The notes: generated by a model from the sequence alone, not told the origin. A DNA stretch of 64,000 nucleotides from an uncultured Gemmatimonadota bacterium (GCA_902825965.1 CADEDA010000003.1:157149-221148); one strand, 5' to 3'; shown: positions 9,452-19,629, numbered from the stretch's first letter. Numbers and translations are program-made.

Positions 9452-10423
9452 CGTTCGGGCGGCGCGGGCCATCACCGAGTCCACGAGGGCCCGCAGCACG
9501 TCCGGGCGGTCGCCCTGCATGTGCTTGCCGGGCAGCCACACGCGCTCGCGCGGCTCGGCCGTGGCGTCCCAGAGGGCATCGACGGCCACGCGCGGGATCC
9601 GTTCGTCGTCCATCGCGCTGAGCAGGACCACGGGGCGGGGCGCCACGGCGCCGACCCAGCGCTCCGGTGCGAATCGTGGACCCGAGGCGAGCAGCGTGGC
9701 CAATCCGGCGATGGGCCAGCGGAACGCAGCGATGGGCACATCGCGCTTGAGCCCTTGGTCGATCATGGCGAAGGGGCGTCCGCCGCCGTGCGCGATCCAG
9801 AGCCGCGTGACGCGCGGGTCGCGGGCCGCAGCGATGGTGGCGAACGGTGCACCGAAGCTCGCGCCGACGAGTTCCACCCGCGTGTCGTCCACATCCGGTC
9901 GCGCCAGCAGGTGGTCGAGCGCGAGCGAGACTGCGGGCGGTATGTCGTACAGCGCGCGCCGGATGGCCGGGACCTGTGCGACGACCGCGAGCCCCTTGGC
10001 CCGATGGTCACCGTCGAACGGATACTCGAGCGAGGCGAAGACGGTGCCGCGCGTGTCGCCGACCAGGGCGCCGGCGCGCATGCCCCGCTGGTGCCCGCCG
10101 AGCACGAGGAAGAGCGGGCGCCGCGTGGGAGCCGTGCCCGCGGGCGCTGACGCCGGCCGGAGCGGCTCGCGCACCGCGAGTTGCACCTGCAGTCCGCTCG
10201 AGGAGCGCAGCGCCACCACCTGCTCGCGGGCGGTGGAATCGTGGGTGGCCGGGAAGGTGTCCGCCGCGACGAGTGTGCCGCGGCGCTCGGCGAAGACCGG
10301 CTCGGGGTCGCGCAGCAGCCAGGCGACCGCGGCAAGTCCGGCGAGGAGGACGCCCCCTGCGCTCCAGCGCAGCAGGCGCCTCCGGCGATCAGCGGACGAT
10401 GAGCGTGTAGCCGCCGAAGTCAT
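9440..10423 (-). CDS. Membrane-anchored alpha/beta hydrolase (dienelactone-hydrolase-like)
   Basis: N-terminal TM segment (GGVLLAGLAAVAWLL) and nucleophile-elbow-like ELVGASFGAPFA. ATG at 10423. Confidence 0.6.
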   Translation of the reverse strand: MTSAATRSSSADRRRRLLRWSAGGVLLAGLAAVAWLLRDPEPVFAERRGTLVAADTFPATHDSTAREQVVALRSSSGLQVQLAVREPLRPASAPAGTAPTRRPLFLVLGGHQRGMRAGALVGDTRGTVFASLEYPFDGDHRAKGLAVVAQVPAIRRALYDIPPAVSLALDHLLARPDVDDTRVELVGASFGAPFATIAAARDPRVTRLWIAHGGGRPFAMIDQGLKRDVPIAAFRWPIAGLATLLASGPRFAPERWVGAVAPRPVVLLSAMDDERIPRVAVDALWDATAEPRERVWLPGKHMQGDRPDVLRALVDSVMARAARTSAR

Positions 10424-10832
10424 TCGGATCGAAGGTGTTCGCGAGGACGTAGTAGGTGCCGGCCGCGAAGCCGAAGGTGATGCGCGCGTTGATGTCGATG
10501 CCGCCGTCGTCGTCCTCGACGATCGTGTTGCCGGCCGCGTCGCGGATGATCAGGTACGGATCGAAGTCATCGCTGATGTGGTCGATGGTCAGCACCGAGG
10601 CCGTGTCGATGTCGAGGCGCCAACGGTCGGCGTAGGAGCCATCGGTGAGCCGGCAGGACTCGCGCACGAGCACCCCGGTGACCGTGTCGCCGAGCGAGAG
10701 GTTGCCCACGGTGGTGTTGCAGGCGAGCGACTCCCGTGGCGGCCCGACGGGATCGTCGTCGCAGGCGGCAGCGGAGAGCGTGACCACGGCGAGTACGGCT
10801 AGGAGCAGGGGCCGACGGTTGAGGCGGCGCAT
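10389..10832 (-). CDS. Small lipoprotein made of a single pre-peptidase C-terminal (PPC)-like domain
   Basis: Signal plus lipobox (LSAAAC), then a PPC-like pattern GDTVTGVL..D.W.LDI....LTIDH.S.DFDPYL.I.D..GN......D......I.F....GTYYV.....D.....GYTL.V. Confidence 0.6.
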   Translation of the reverse strand: MRRLNRRPLLLAVLAVVTLSAAACDDDPVGPPRESLACNTTVGNLSLGDTVTGVLVRESCRLTDGSYADRWRLDIDTASVLTIDHISDDFDPYLIIRDAAGNTIVEDDDGGIDINARITFGFAAGTYYVLANTFDPNDFGGYTLIVR

Positions 10833-10930
10833 CGAGGGTCCGTTCCGGTAGAGGTTCCCGGGGTGCTACACCGGCCGCGGGCGAAGGAGCCACGCCCGCG
10901 CGGCGGCCGGGAACGGCACGGGAACACGAC

Positions 10931-10955
10931 GGGGCCGCGCGGTCGGCGCGGCCCC
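10931..10955 (-). terminator. GC hairpin downstream of the 10982 gene (no clear U tract)
   Basis: ggggccgcgc-ggtcg-gcgcggcccc, a perfect 10-bp stem. Confidence 0.35.
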
Positions 10956-10981
10956 GTCAGCCTGCGGTTCGTACAACTCCC

Positions 10982-11725
10982 TTACGGCTTCTTGAGCGCC
11001 TTCACCTCGGCCGGCAGCTCGAAGAGCTTGGGGTCCGGATCGCCGGCTTCGGCGGACGTGATCGTCATGACCTGTTCCATCCCCATCACCTGCACCACGA
11101 CCTTGTGGGCCATCAGGATGCCGCCGACGGAGCGGTAGTCGCTGAGACGCGAGACCGCGTCGATCTCGCCCTGCGGCGACATCTGCTTGCTCATCGACTC
11201 GATGATGAGGCCCGTCTTCACCGAGTAGCAGTCCGTGGTCACGCGCTTGGACTTCCACACGTGCTTGACGCGGATGCACTTCTCGCCGCCCACGTCGCCT
11301 TCGCCGGCGAGCTCGGACGACTCGAACATCGACGCGGGACGCGTGAGCATGCCGAAGTCCGCGTTGTCGATGGTCTGCGCCGCCTCGGCGCCGCTGACGA
11401 GGCGCGGACCCTGCATCGGGTCGGACGCCCAGGCCGTGCTGCCGTCGAAGCCGGAGCGCATCTCGCCCAAGCCGGGCAGCGTGATCTTCACCGACACGAG
11501 GTTCGGCCGGCGCTGCACCGAGGAGACCGTCGCGGACATGCCCATGGCGGGCATCTCCATGGTCATGGTCGAGGTCATGCCCTGGATCGATGCGGCCTTG
11601 CCGTCGGGGTCGACGGCCTTGGCGTAGCGGGCGAGGATCTCCGCCGGGGTCTGCGCCGACAACGCGCGCCCCGCGACGAGGGAAAGTGCGAGGACGGCGA
11701 TGTTGCGGATACGACGCGAGAACAC
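10982..11725 (-). CDS. Secreted hypothetical protein (possibly a LolA/lipoprotein-sorting-like fold)
   Basis: Signal peptide IAVLALSLVAGRALSAQ. I chose the GTG start at 11725, which is preceded by GGAGG. The fold assignment is only an impression. Confidence 0.5.
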   Translation of the reverse strand: MFSRRIRNIAVLALSLVAGRALSAQTPAEILARYAKAVDPDGKAASIQGMTSTMTMEMPAMGMSATVSSVQRRPNLVSVKITLPGLGEMRSGFDGSTAWASDPMQGPRLVSGAEAAQTIDNADFGMLTRPASMFESSELAGEGDVGGEKCIRVKHVWKSKRVTTDCYSVKTGLIIESMSKQMSPQGEIDAVSRLSDYRSVGGILMAHKVVVQVMGMEQVMTITSAEAGDPDPKLFELPAEVKALKKP

Positions 11726-11811
11726 TGGGCCTCCGTGCAGGTGGGGTCGTGCGGGTCGGAGGGACGCGGACGCGACCTCCGTCGTGCTGGGACGAACAAC
11801 CGGCGCCGGAA

Positions 11812-13170
11812 TCACGGCATCTCCCGCGCGAGCGTGGACGCCAGCCAGGCGCGCGCGGCGTCCAGGGCGGCGTCCCGGCCGCTCCTCAGATTAACCAAGG
11901 TCAACGGCACAGGTTCCTCGGGGATCACGCCGACCCCCTCGACCTTGCGGCCCTTGGCGTCGCTGTGGTCCGCAAGCACGTGCATCAGGACGTCGCCGCT
12001 GGGCAGCTTGCCCGCCGCCGCGGGCAGCGCCATGCCCGCACTGCGGGTCCCGAAGACCCGGGCACGGCCCAGGCCCTGCATGCCGGACGCGAAGAACTCC
12101 GAGGTGCTGGCCGAGAACTCGTCCACCAGGATGGCCACCGGTCCGGCGAAGGGCGCCCGCAGGGTGCCGCTGCGATCCACCCGACGGGGGTTCGCCGCGA
12201 ACCGGAGTACGCCGCTCCGCGTCTTGAGCTCGCCGAGCGAGACCACCGTGTCGAGCACGTGCCCCGAGACACCGGCAAGCATGCCGATGACGCCGCCGGG
12301 ATTGCCGCGCAGGTCGATGATGAGTCCGTGTGCATCGCGCTGCATGAAGAACAGCGAGTCCAGGGTCGGCGAGACGACGGGGAACCAGCCGCTCCAGCCG
12401 ATGGTGGCCACGGTGCGCGCACCGCGCGCCGTGGTGACGGTGGCCCGCGTGCCGGTGGCCTGCACGACGAACGGCGGCAGGTTACCGAATCGCGTGAGCT
12501 GGCCTTGCAGGGCGCCGCGCACGATCCGATGCGCACGCGTACGTCCCCGCGCGTCGGTGATGGTGACGTGCAGCGTATCGCCGATGGGACCGGCGAGCCG
12601 CGATTTCACGAAGGTCGTGAGCAGGCGCTCGGCGCCCAGGCTGTCGGAGGGCATCGACTTCCGCACCAGCGTGCGCAGCGCACCGATGCTGGTGGTGTCG
12701 AGGTGGGTGATGATGTCGCCCGGGGCGATGCCCGCCCGCGCCGCCGCGGACCCGGCCTCGACGCGCCACACGGCGATCGTGCCGTCGACCGGCCGCACGT
12801 CGATCCCGCTGGACCCCGGGCGCGTGGCGACGATGGTCTCCGAGTCGCCGCGGGCCGACATCGCGGCGGCGTCGCTGGGGATGAGCACGAAGTGCGACTG
12901 CGCCGGCACCGCGATGAGCGCCCGGATGGCGCCGCGTACGGCGTCCCGGCTCGCCGTGGGTTCGAGCGTGGCCCGCAGCGAGTCGCGCACGGCACGCCAG
13001 CGGCCGTTCACGAAGCTGCTGTCCCAGTAGGTGCGGGAGATCGCCGACCACGCCGAATCGAAATCCGCGCGGAGCGTGGGCGGCGGCGGGTCCTGCGCGC
13101 GCAATGGAGCGGGTACGGCGGCTGCCGCGACCGCGGCCGTGAGGAGGACCGTGAATACAGTGGAATGCAT
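11812..13170 (-). CDS. S41-family (C-terminal processing / tail-specific-like) serine peptidase with PDZ
   Basis: Signal peptide MHSTVFTVLLTAAVAAAAV, PDZ-like segment GIAPGDIITHLD, GNPGG, and the S41 serine motif VDEFSASTSEFFA. An alternative GTG start lies at 13182. Confidence 0.75.
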   Translation of the reverse strand: MHSTVFTVLLTAAVAAAAVPAPLRAQDPPPPTLRADFDSAWSAISRTYWDSSFVNGRWRAVRDSLRATLEPTASRDAVRGAIRALIAVPAQSHFVLIPSDAAAMSARGDSETIVATRPGSSGIDVRPVDGTIAVWRVEAGSAAARAGIAPGDIITHLDTTSIGALRTLVRKSMPSDSLGAERLLTTFVKSRLAGPIGDTLHVTITDARGRTRAHRIVRGALQGQLTRFGNLPPFVVQATGTRATVTTARGARTVATIGWSGWFPVVSPTLDSLFFMQRDAHGLIIDLRGNPGGVIGMLAGVSGHVLDTVVSLGELKTRSGVLRFAANPRRVDRSGTLRAPFAGPVAILVDEFSASTSEFFASGMQGLGRARVFGTRSAGMALPAAAGKLPSGDVLMHVLADHSDAKGRKVEGVGVIPEEPVPLTLVNLRSGRDAALDAARAWLASTLAREMP

Positions 13171-13353
13171 CGAGACGCGCACGATGGGCTCGGAGGGGGC
13201 AGAGGGGGAGCGGAAGTGCTACGTGCATTGTACAGCGACGCGGGCCGCCGGTGGGAGCAGGTGGGTCGCTGTCGCGCCCGGGATCCCGTCACGTTCGGTC
13301 CGGACGAGACTTGGACGATGCACGGACCGAGCCGGACCGACTAACTTCCGCCC

Positions 13354-14532
13354 GTGCCCAACACCGTCCTGACCCCCGACGAGTCCCTGCGACTCGTGCC
13401 CGAACTCGCCGCCACCCGGAACCCCAAGGTCTGGGTGTATCGATTTACCGACGCCACCCACGGGTGGACGCTGTCGGTCGCCACGCACGCCGAGCCGGGC
13501 TCTCACAAGCTCTCGCTCGGCGGCTTTCGTATCGCCCCCGTCGAGCGCACCTCGGCGCCCGGCTTCACCACCGATCGCGAAGCCATCGCCCTGGCGATGG
13601 GCATGGAGGAGAAGGTCCATTGGTCGCGCGTCATCGGTGTGGGTGGACCGCTCGCACGGCGGGACCTCACGCGCGTGGTGGGCGGCAAGTGTGTGCTCGC
13701 CCCCACGCCGGACGCGCGGGTGGGGCAGCCCCACGATGCCGCGCTGCTCGACTTCGCGATCGCCGCGTTCCAGGAGATCGAGCGGCAGGCTGGCATCCGG
13801 CTCACCACCGGGCAGGACCTCGGGCACGGCATCATGCACGACGGACGCACGCCGTCCCTCGCGTACCTCAACGCCCGCTACCTCGGCAGCGTGGTGGCCG
13901 ACACCTCCGTGCCGACGGGCGAAGGCAACTACCGGATCCTCGACGGCATGCTGCGCGCCTGCGGCGTGCCGCTGGAGCGCGCGACCGTCGCACTCATCGG
14001 ATGCGGCAACATCGGCATGCACATCGTGGGGCGGTTACGGGAGCGCGGCAGCACCATCCTCGCCTGCGAGTCGCGCGCCGAGCGCCGGGCCGAGCTGGAG
14101 GCGCTGGGCATCCGCACGTTCACGCCGGAGCAGAAGCCGGCGCTGCTGCGCGAGCCGATGGACGCGCTCGTGGTGAACGCCGCCGGGGGCTCGCTCGACC
14201 GCGCGACCGTGGAGGCCTGCGCGGCCAATCCGCGGCTCGCCGTGATCTGCGGCAGCGAGAACCTCGTGATGCCGGATCCGTCCGCCGTCGCCGTGCTCGA
14301 GCGCGCGAAGAAGGTCTACGCGCCCACCGAACTCGGGGGCATGATGGGCTATCTCACCGCGGTCGAGGAATTCCTCGCCAAGGAAGCGGGCGTGCCGTTC
14401 GAGGTGCAGACGCTGCTGGACGCCGCGAAGAAGCTCGACGACGCCGGGTATCGCGCGACCGCACGTGTGCGCGAAGGCGGCCATGCGGAGTCGTTCGAGC
14501 AGGCCATCACGGCGATCTACTCCGCTGCGTGA
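13354..14532 (+). CDS. Divergent Glu/Leu/Phe/Val-dehydrogenase-family protein (amino-acid dehydrogenase-like)
   Basis: The motifs run in the same order as in LeuDH: LGGFR, VGGKCV (catalytic Lys region), TTGQDLG, Rossmann ALIGCGNIGMHIVGRL, VICGSENL, YAPTELGGMMGY. GTG start. Confidence 0.6.
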   Translation: MPNTVLTPDESLRLVPELAATRNPKVWVYRFTDATHGWTLSVATHAEPGSHKLSLGGFRIAPVERTSAPGFTTDREAIALAMGMEEKVHWSRVIGVGGPLARRDLTRVVGGKCVLAPTPDARVGQPHDAALLDFAIAAFQEIERQAGIRLTTGQDLGHGIMHDGRTPSLAYLNARYLGSVVADTSVPTGEGNYRILDGMLRACGVPLERATVALIGCGNIGMHIVGRLRERGSTILACESRAERRAELEALGIRTFTPEQKPALLREPMDALVVNAAGGSLDRATVEACAANPRLAVICGSENLVMPDPSAVAVLERAKKVYAPTELGGMMGYLTAVEEFLAKEAGVPFEVQTLLDAAKKLDDAGYRATARVREGGHAESFEQAITAIYSAA

Positions 14533-16117
14533 GGGCTTCGCGGCAGGCCCGCGCCAGCTCTTCCTTGAGCGCGGGCTTCTGCAGCACCATCGTGATGCCC
14601 ACGTCCCGCAAGGCGGGATCGTTCGCGTCACGCACGTAGCCGGAGAGCAGCACCACCGGCAGGTCCGACCGCACGGTCTGGATCGCCTCCGCCAGGTCGA
14701 GCCCGGACATCTCGGGCATCGAGAGGTCCGTGATGACGAGGTCGAAGCGCCGCGGCGCGGCGCGGAGCAGCTCCAGGGCGGTCATCGCGTCCTTCGCCGG
14801 CACCACCGAGTAGCCGAGCGTCTCGAGTCGCCGACGCCCGGCCTCCACCAGCGCGGGCTCATCATCCACGTACAGGATGCACTCGCCGTTGCCCCGGAGC
14901 GCGGGGTGCAGCGCCGACTTGGGTGCGACGGCCGTCTCGTCCTCGACGGAGGGGAACAGGCAGCGGACGCGGGTGCCCACGCCGAGCTCGCTCTCCAGCA
15001 GCACCGCGCCCCGGTGGTCCTGCATGATGCCATGCACCATCGCCAAACCCAGCCCGGTGCCGCTGCCCGGACCCTTGGTGGTGAAGAACGGCTCGAAGGC
15101 GCGTGCCCGCGTGTCGGCATCCATGCCCTCGCCGCTGTCCCGCACGCTCATGGCCACATAGTGCCCCTCGCGAAGCCCCGGATTGGCGCGTGCGATGCTG
15201 TCGTGCACGTAGATCGGTTCCACCTCGAACGTGAGGATGCCACCGCGCGGCATCGCCTGCGATCCGTTCGACGCGAGGTTCATGAGTACCTGATGCACCG
15301 ACGTGGTGTCCGCCATCACGTGGGGCACCTGGTCGGCGGTGTTGAGCTCGAGTGCCACCCCGGCGGGCAGCGTCGCGCGCAGCAACGGTTGGATCTCGGT
15401 GACGAGGTCCCGCAAGTCGATCGACGTGAGCGTCTGCTCCTGGCGCCGCGAGAAGGTCAGGATGCGCTCCACGAGCTGCCGTCCGCGCAGGGCGGCCGCC
15501 ATCACCTCGCCGACGTCTCGGGTGAGGCCGGCGTTGGACTCCACTTGCCCGGCGATCAACTCCGTGTAGCCGATGATGGCGCCGAGCAGGTTGTTGAAGT
15601 CGTGCGCGATGCCGCCCGCGAGCGTGCCGATCGCCTCCATCTTCTGCGACTGGCGCAGGCGCTCGCTGAGCGCGCGCTGCTCCTCCTCGAGGCGCTTGCG
15701 CGCGGAGATGTCGACCACCGCGCCGAGCACGAAGATGCCCTCCTCGGTGGCCACGGGCGTGAGCCCGATCTCCACCGGCACCTCGGAGCCGTCCTTGCGC
15801 AGCCCGAAGAGGTCGCGACCGGCGCCCATGGCGCGCACGCGAGGGTCGTTCCGGAATCCGGCGCGGTACGAGGGATGTGCGCCCTGCGAGCGGGCAGGGA
15901 CCAGCCGTTCGACCGGCTGTCCGAGGAGCTCCTCACGTGCGTAGCCGAACATCCGTTCGATCTCGCGGTTCACGAGCACGATGCGCCCCTCGGCATCGGT
16001 CATGAGCAAGCCGCTCGGCGCAGACTCCACCGCGGCCCGGAGATGTGCTTCGATGTTGCGGATCGGAGCGTCGGTCACGTCTCCCTCGCGCATGGACGGT
16101 GAGCGTACCGTACGCAT
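14507..16117 (-). CDS. Hybrid sensor histidine kinase (PAS - HisKA - HATPase - REC)
   Basis: PAS segment (LLMTDAEGRIVLVNREIERMFGY), H-box GGIAHDFNNLL, G-boxes GTGLGLA, and a receiver domain ILYVDDEP...DLVITDLSMPEMSG. Confidence 0.88.
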   Translation of the reverse strand: MRTVRSPSMREGDVTDAPIRNIEAHLRAAVESAPSGLLMTDAEGRIVLVNREIERMFGYAREELLGQPVERLVPARSQGAHPSYRAGFRNDPRVRAMGAGRDLFGLRKDGSEVPVEIGLTPVATEEGIFVLGAVVDISARKRLEEEQRALSERLRQSQKMEAIGTLAGGIAHDFNNLLGAIIGYTELIAGQVESNAGLTRDVGEVMAAALRGRQLVERILTFSRRQEQTLTSIDLRDLVTEIQPLLRATLPAGVALELNTADQVPHVMADTTSVHQVLMNLASNGSQAMPRGGILTFEVEPIYVHDSIARANPGLREGHYVAMSVRDSGEGMDADTRARAFEPFFTTKGPGSGTGLGLAMVHGIMQDHRGAVLLESELGVGTRVRCLFPSVEDETAVAPKSALHPALRGNGECILYVDDEPALVEAGRRRLETLGYSVVPAKDAMTALELLRAAPRRFDLVITDLSMPEMSGLDLAEAIQTVRSDLPVVLLSGYVRDANDPALRDVGITMVLQKPALKEELARACREALTQRSRSP

Positions 16118-16183
16118 GCCAAGGTAGGGAGATTCCCGACACTACGCCATTGGACTCGACGCTGGTGGTGCTCGACCGGTGAG

Positions 16184-16969
16184 CTATTTCGCCCGGAACC
16201 TTGCGAGTGCCTCGCGCGTGAAGTCCGAAAACACCATGCGCCCGCTCATCGCGGCGCGTTCACCCATGCGCTCGGCCCAGTCCTCGGTACCTCGCCAGAA
16301 GATGCGCTTCATCTCGCGCATGGCCTCCGGATTGGCGGCCGCGAGGCGGCTCGCGTGGGCCGCGATGACGGCATCGAGGGCGGCCGCATCATCCACGAGC
16401 GCGGAGTAGAGGCCGTGCCGTTCGCACCACTCGGCGTCGTGCCAGTCGGCATGCACGCCGAGATTCATGAACGGGGCGAGACCGAGCTTCCGTTCGATCA
16501 CCACGCCGACCACGAACGGGCCGATCCCGACCTGCAGCTCGCTCAGCTTGACCTGGGCGGCGCGCACTGCCACCGAGTAGTCGCTCGCGGCGATGACACC
16601 GATGGCCCCGCCGGCGGCACGGCCCTGCACGCGCGTGAGGACGAACTTGGGCGCCCGGATCATCGCCAGGATGACCCGCGAGAAGCCGCTGAAGAACTCC
16701 TTGCCGGCCTCGGCGTCGCCGAGCGCCGTGAACTCGTCGAACGACGCACCGGCGCAGAAGGTGCTGCTGCCGGCACTGCGCAGCACAATCACGCGCGCCG
16801 ATGAATCGGCCCCGACGGCGGTGATGGCGGCCGCCAGCTCGTTGAGGAGCTTGGCGGGTAGGGAGTTCCCCTTCGGGTGGGCGAACTCCACGGTCCCGAC
16901 GCCATCGCTGGTGGAGGTTCGGACCGTGCCCTCGGGCACTGGGGATGAGCTGGAAGCGGTAGCGGTCAT
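16184..16969 (-). CDS. Enoyl-CoA hydratase/isomerase (crotonase) family protein, divergent from paaA. A possible PaaF substitute.
   Basis: Crotonase pattern [22 protein letters not shown]...[12 protein letters not shown]. The canonical GGG-E catalytic Glu is not evident. Confidence 0.7.
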   Translation of the reverse strand: MTATASSSSPVPEGTVRTSTSDGVGTVEFAHPKGNSLPAKLLNELAAAITAVGADSSARVIVLRSAGSSTFCAGASFDEFTALGDAEAGKEFFSGFSRVILAMIRAPKFVLTRVQGRAAGGAIGVIAASDYSVAVRAAQVKLSELQVGIGPFVVGVVIERKLGLAPFMNLGVHADWHDAEWCERHGLYSALVDDAAALDAVIAAHASRLAAANPEAMREMKRIFWRGTEDWAERMGERAAMSGRMVFSDFTREALARFRAK

Positions 16970-16987
16970 GGCACTAACTTACACGTC

Positions 16988-17959
16988 ATGGAACCGACCC
17001 CCAACGCCCCCGCGGACGAGACGGCGCTCAACGCCGCGTTCGAAGCCAAGATCGCAGCCGGCGACAGCATCGAGCCCAAGGACTGGATGCCGGAGCGGTA
17101 CCGCAAGCAGCTCACGCGGATGATGTCGCAGCACGCGCACTCCGAGATCGTGGGCATGCTGCCCGAAGGCAACTGGATCACGCGCGCGCCCAGCCTGCGT
17201 CGCAAGATGTCGCTCATCGCCAAGGTGCAGGACGAGGCCGGGCACGGACTCTACATCTATTGTGGGACCGAGACGCTGGGGGTGGACCGCTTCGACCTGT
17301 ACAACCAGCTGCTCGACGGCAGCGCGAAGTACTCCAGCATCTTCAACTACCCGACCCTGTCCTGGGCCGACATGGGCGTGATCGGGTGGCTGGTGGACGG
17401 GGCGGCGATCGTGAACCAGACGGTGCTGGCCAAGACCTCGTACGGCCCCTATGCCCGCGCGATGGTGCGCATCTGCAAGGAGGAGAACTTCCACAAGCGG
17501 CAGGGCTACGAGATCTGCGCGACGCTGGCCGCCGGCACCCCGGCACAGCGGGAGATGCTGCAGGACGCCGTGAACCGCTTCTGGTGGCCGGCCCTCATGA
17601 TGTTCGGCCCGAGCGACAAGGACTCGCCGAACTCGGCCGAGCTCCTGCGCTGGCGCGTCAAGCGCAAGACCAACGACGAGCTGCGCCAGCGTTTCGTGAA
17701 CCTCACGGTGCCGCAGGCCCAGGCGATCGGCATCACGCTCCCCGACCCGGACCTGCGCTACAACGAGGCCACCAAGAACTGGGACTTCGGCGAGATCGAC
17801 TGGGCGGAGTTCTTCGAGGTCATCAAGGGCAACGGGCCCTGCAACAAGGAGCGGCTCGCCGCGCGCAACAAGGCGCACGACGACGGGCGCTGGGTGCGCG
17901 AGGCGGCGACGGCCTACGCCGAGAAGCAGGCGAAGAAGCGGCAGACGGAGGCCGCATGA
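16988..17959 (+). CDS. paaA: 1,2-phenylacetyl-CoA epoxidase subunit A
   Basis: Near-colinear match to E. coli PaaA as I remember it: [78 protein letters not shown]. Confidence 0.95.
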   Translation: MEPTPNAPADETALNAAFEAKIAAGDSIEPKDWMPERYRKQLTRMMSQHAHSEIVGMLPEGNWITRAPSLRRKMSLIAKVQDEAGHGLYIYCGTETLGVDRFDLYNQLLDGSAKYSSIFNYPTLSWADMGVIGWLVDGAAIVNQTVLAKTSYGPYARAMVRICKEENFHKRQGYEICATLAAGTPAQREMLQDAVNRFWWPALMMFGPSDKDSPNSAELLRWRVKRKTNDELRQRFVNLTVPQAQAIGITLPDPDLRYNEATKNWDFGEIDWAEFFEVIKGNGPCNKERLAARNKAHDDGRWVREAATAYAEKQAKKRQTEAA

Positions 17960-18243
17960 GCGACAGCCATTGGCCGCTGTGGGAGGTGTTCACCCAGGGT
18001 GCGCAGGGTGAGCCGTTCGAGCATGCGGGCTCGCTGCATGCCACGGACGCCGAGCACGCCCTGCAGAACGCACGCGATGTGTACGCGCGCCGCGGCGAGG
18101 CGGTGAACCTCTGGGTGGTGCCGAGCACGGCGATCACGGCCTCGGCCCCCAGCGACGCCGGGCCGTTCTTCGATCCCGGCAACGACAAGGCGTATCGGCA
18201 CCCGCAGTTCTACAAGGTGCCGCGCGGCGTGAAGGTCTTTTGA
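17956..18243 (+). CDS. paaB: 1,2-phenylacetyl-CoA epoxidase subunit B
   Basis: 95 aa, with WPLWEVF....G.P.EH.GS.HA.D...AL..ARDVY.RR. ATGA overlap with paaA. Confidence 0.9.
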   Translation: MSDSHWPLWEVFTQGAQGEPFEHAGSLHATDAEHALQNARDVYARRGEAVNLWVVPSTAITASAPSDAGPFFDPGNDKAYRHPQFYKVPRGVKVF

Positions 18244-19091
18244 CCGCCAAGGCCGCAGGACACGACGACGAGCCGGGCATCGCTGCCGGCGAGGCCGCGG
18301 CCGGGACGCGCCCGGTGGCGGGGGCGCGACGCGCCGCACTCGGGGATCCGCTCGTCGAGCTGCTGTTCCGGCTCGGCGACGACCGGCTCATCCTCGGGCA
18401 CCGGCTGTCGGAACTGACGGGGCACGGCCCGATCCTCGAGGAGGACATCGCGACCGCCAACATGGCGCTCGACCTCATCGGGCAAGCCGCGTCGATGCTC
18501 AAGCTCGCGGGCGAGCTCGAGGGCAAGGGGCGCGATGAGGACGCCCTCGCGTACTTCCGCGACGCGGTGCAGTTCCGCAACTGCCTCCTCGTGGAGCAGC
18601 CCAACGGCGACTTCGCGCAGACCATGGCGCGGCAGTTCCTGTTCGACGCGTACAGCGTGCTGCTGCTCGACGAGCTCTCGCGGGCCTCGCACGCGGGCAT
18701 CGCGGCGGTGGCCGCCAAGTCGCTCAAGGAGGCCAAGTACCACCTGCGGCACTCGAGCGAGTGGGTGCTGCGACTCGGCGACGGCACCGACGAGAGCCAT
18801 GCGCGCATGCAGCGTGCGATCGGCGCACTCTGGCGCTTCACCGGCGAGCTCTTCGTGGCGGACGAGGTGGAGGCGGCCGCGGCCGCGAAGGGCGCCGCCG
18901 TCGACCTCAGCGGCGTGCAGGCGCGATGGGACACGATGGTGGACGACGTGCTCGCGCGCGCGACGCTCCGGCGTCCCACCGACACCGCCATGCAGCGCGG
19001 CGGGCGCAGCGGACGGCACACCGAGCACCTGGGTCACCTGCTCGCCACGATGCAGATCGTCGCGCGCTCGCATCCCGGCGCCACCTGGTGA
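18240..19091 (+). CDS. paaC: 1,2-phenylacetyl-CoA epoxidase subunit C
   Basis: PaaC-like LLFRLGDDRLILGHRLSE and EEDIATANMALDLIGQA. TTG start overlaps the paaB stop. Confidence 0.88.
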   Translation: MTAKAAGHDDEPGIAAGEAAAGTRPVAGARRAALGDPLVELLFRLGDDRLILGHRLSELTGHGPILEEDIATANMALDLIGQAASMLKLAGELEGKGRDEDALAYFRDAVQFRNCLLVEQPNGDFAQTMARQFLFDAYSVLLLDELSRASHAGIAAVAAKSLKEAKYHLRHSSEWVLRLGDGTDESHARMQRAIGALWRFTGELFVADEVEAAAAAKGAAVDLSGVQARWDTMVDDVLARATLRRPTDTAMQRGGRSGRHTEHLGHLLATMQIVARSHPGATW

Positions 19092-19137
19092 GTCCCAACC
19101 CGCGCCGCGACCTGCGACCCTCGGCCTGACACGACCC

Positions 19138-19629
19138 GTGCTGACGACACCGCGCGCGTGGGAGGTGATCGGCACGGTGCCCGATCCCGAGGTGCCGGTG
19201 ATCTCGGTGGTCGAGCTCGGGATCGTGCGGGACGTGGCGGTCGATGCCGAGGGTGCCGTGGCGGTGACCATCACGCCCACGTACTCCGGCTGTCCGGCGA
19301 TGTACGAGATCGAGAAGGACATCCGCACGGCGCTCACCGAGGCTGGCGCGTCGTCCGTGACGGTGCGGACCGTGCTCTCCCCCGCGTGGACCACCGACTG
19401 GATCGGCCCCGAGGCGCGTGAGAAGCTGCGCGCCTACGGCATCGCGCCACCGGGCCGCGCGGAGCAGGGTGGACTCATCACGCTCACCCGTGCGCGCCAG
19501 CCGGTGACCTGCCCCTGGTGCGGGTCGCGGGACACCGAGCTCAAGAGCGAGTTCGGCTCCACGGCCTGCAAGGCGATCCACGTCTGCCGTGCCTGCCGGC
19601 AGCCGTTCGACGAGTTCAAGGCGCTCTGA
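19138..19629 (+). CDS. paaD: Phenylacetate-CoA oxygenase subunit PaaD (SUF/FeS-assembly-like)
   Basis: VPDPEVPVISVVELGIVRDV...TPTYSGCPA and the C-terminal motif C..CGS....SEFGSTACKA...C..C. GTG start at 19138. Confidence 0.85.
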   Translation: MLTTPRAWEVIGTVPDPEVPVISVVELGIVRDVAVDAEGAVAVTITPTYSGCPAMYEIEKDIRTALTEAGASSVTVRTVLSPAWTTDWIGPEAREKLRAYGIAPPGRAEQGGLITLTRARQPVTCPWCGSRDTELKSEFGSTACKAIHVCRACRQPFDEFKAL

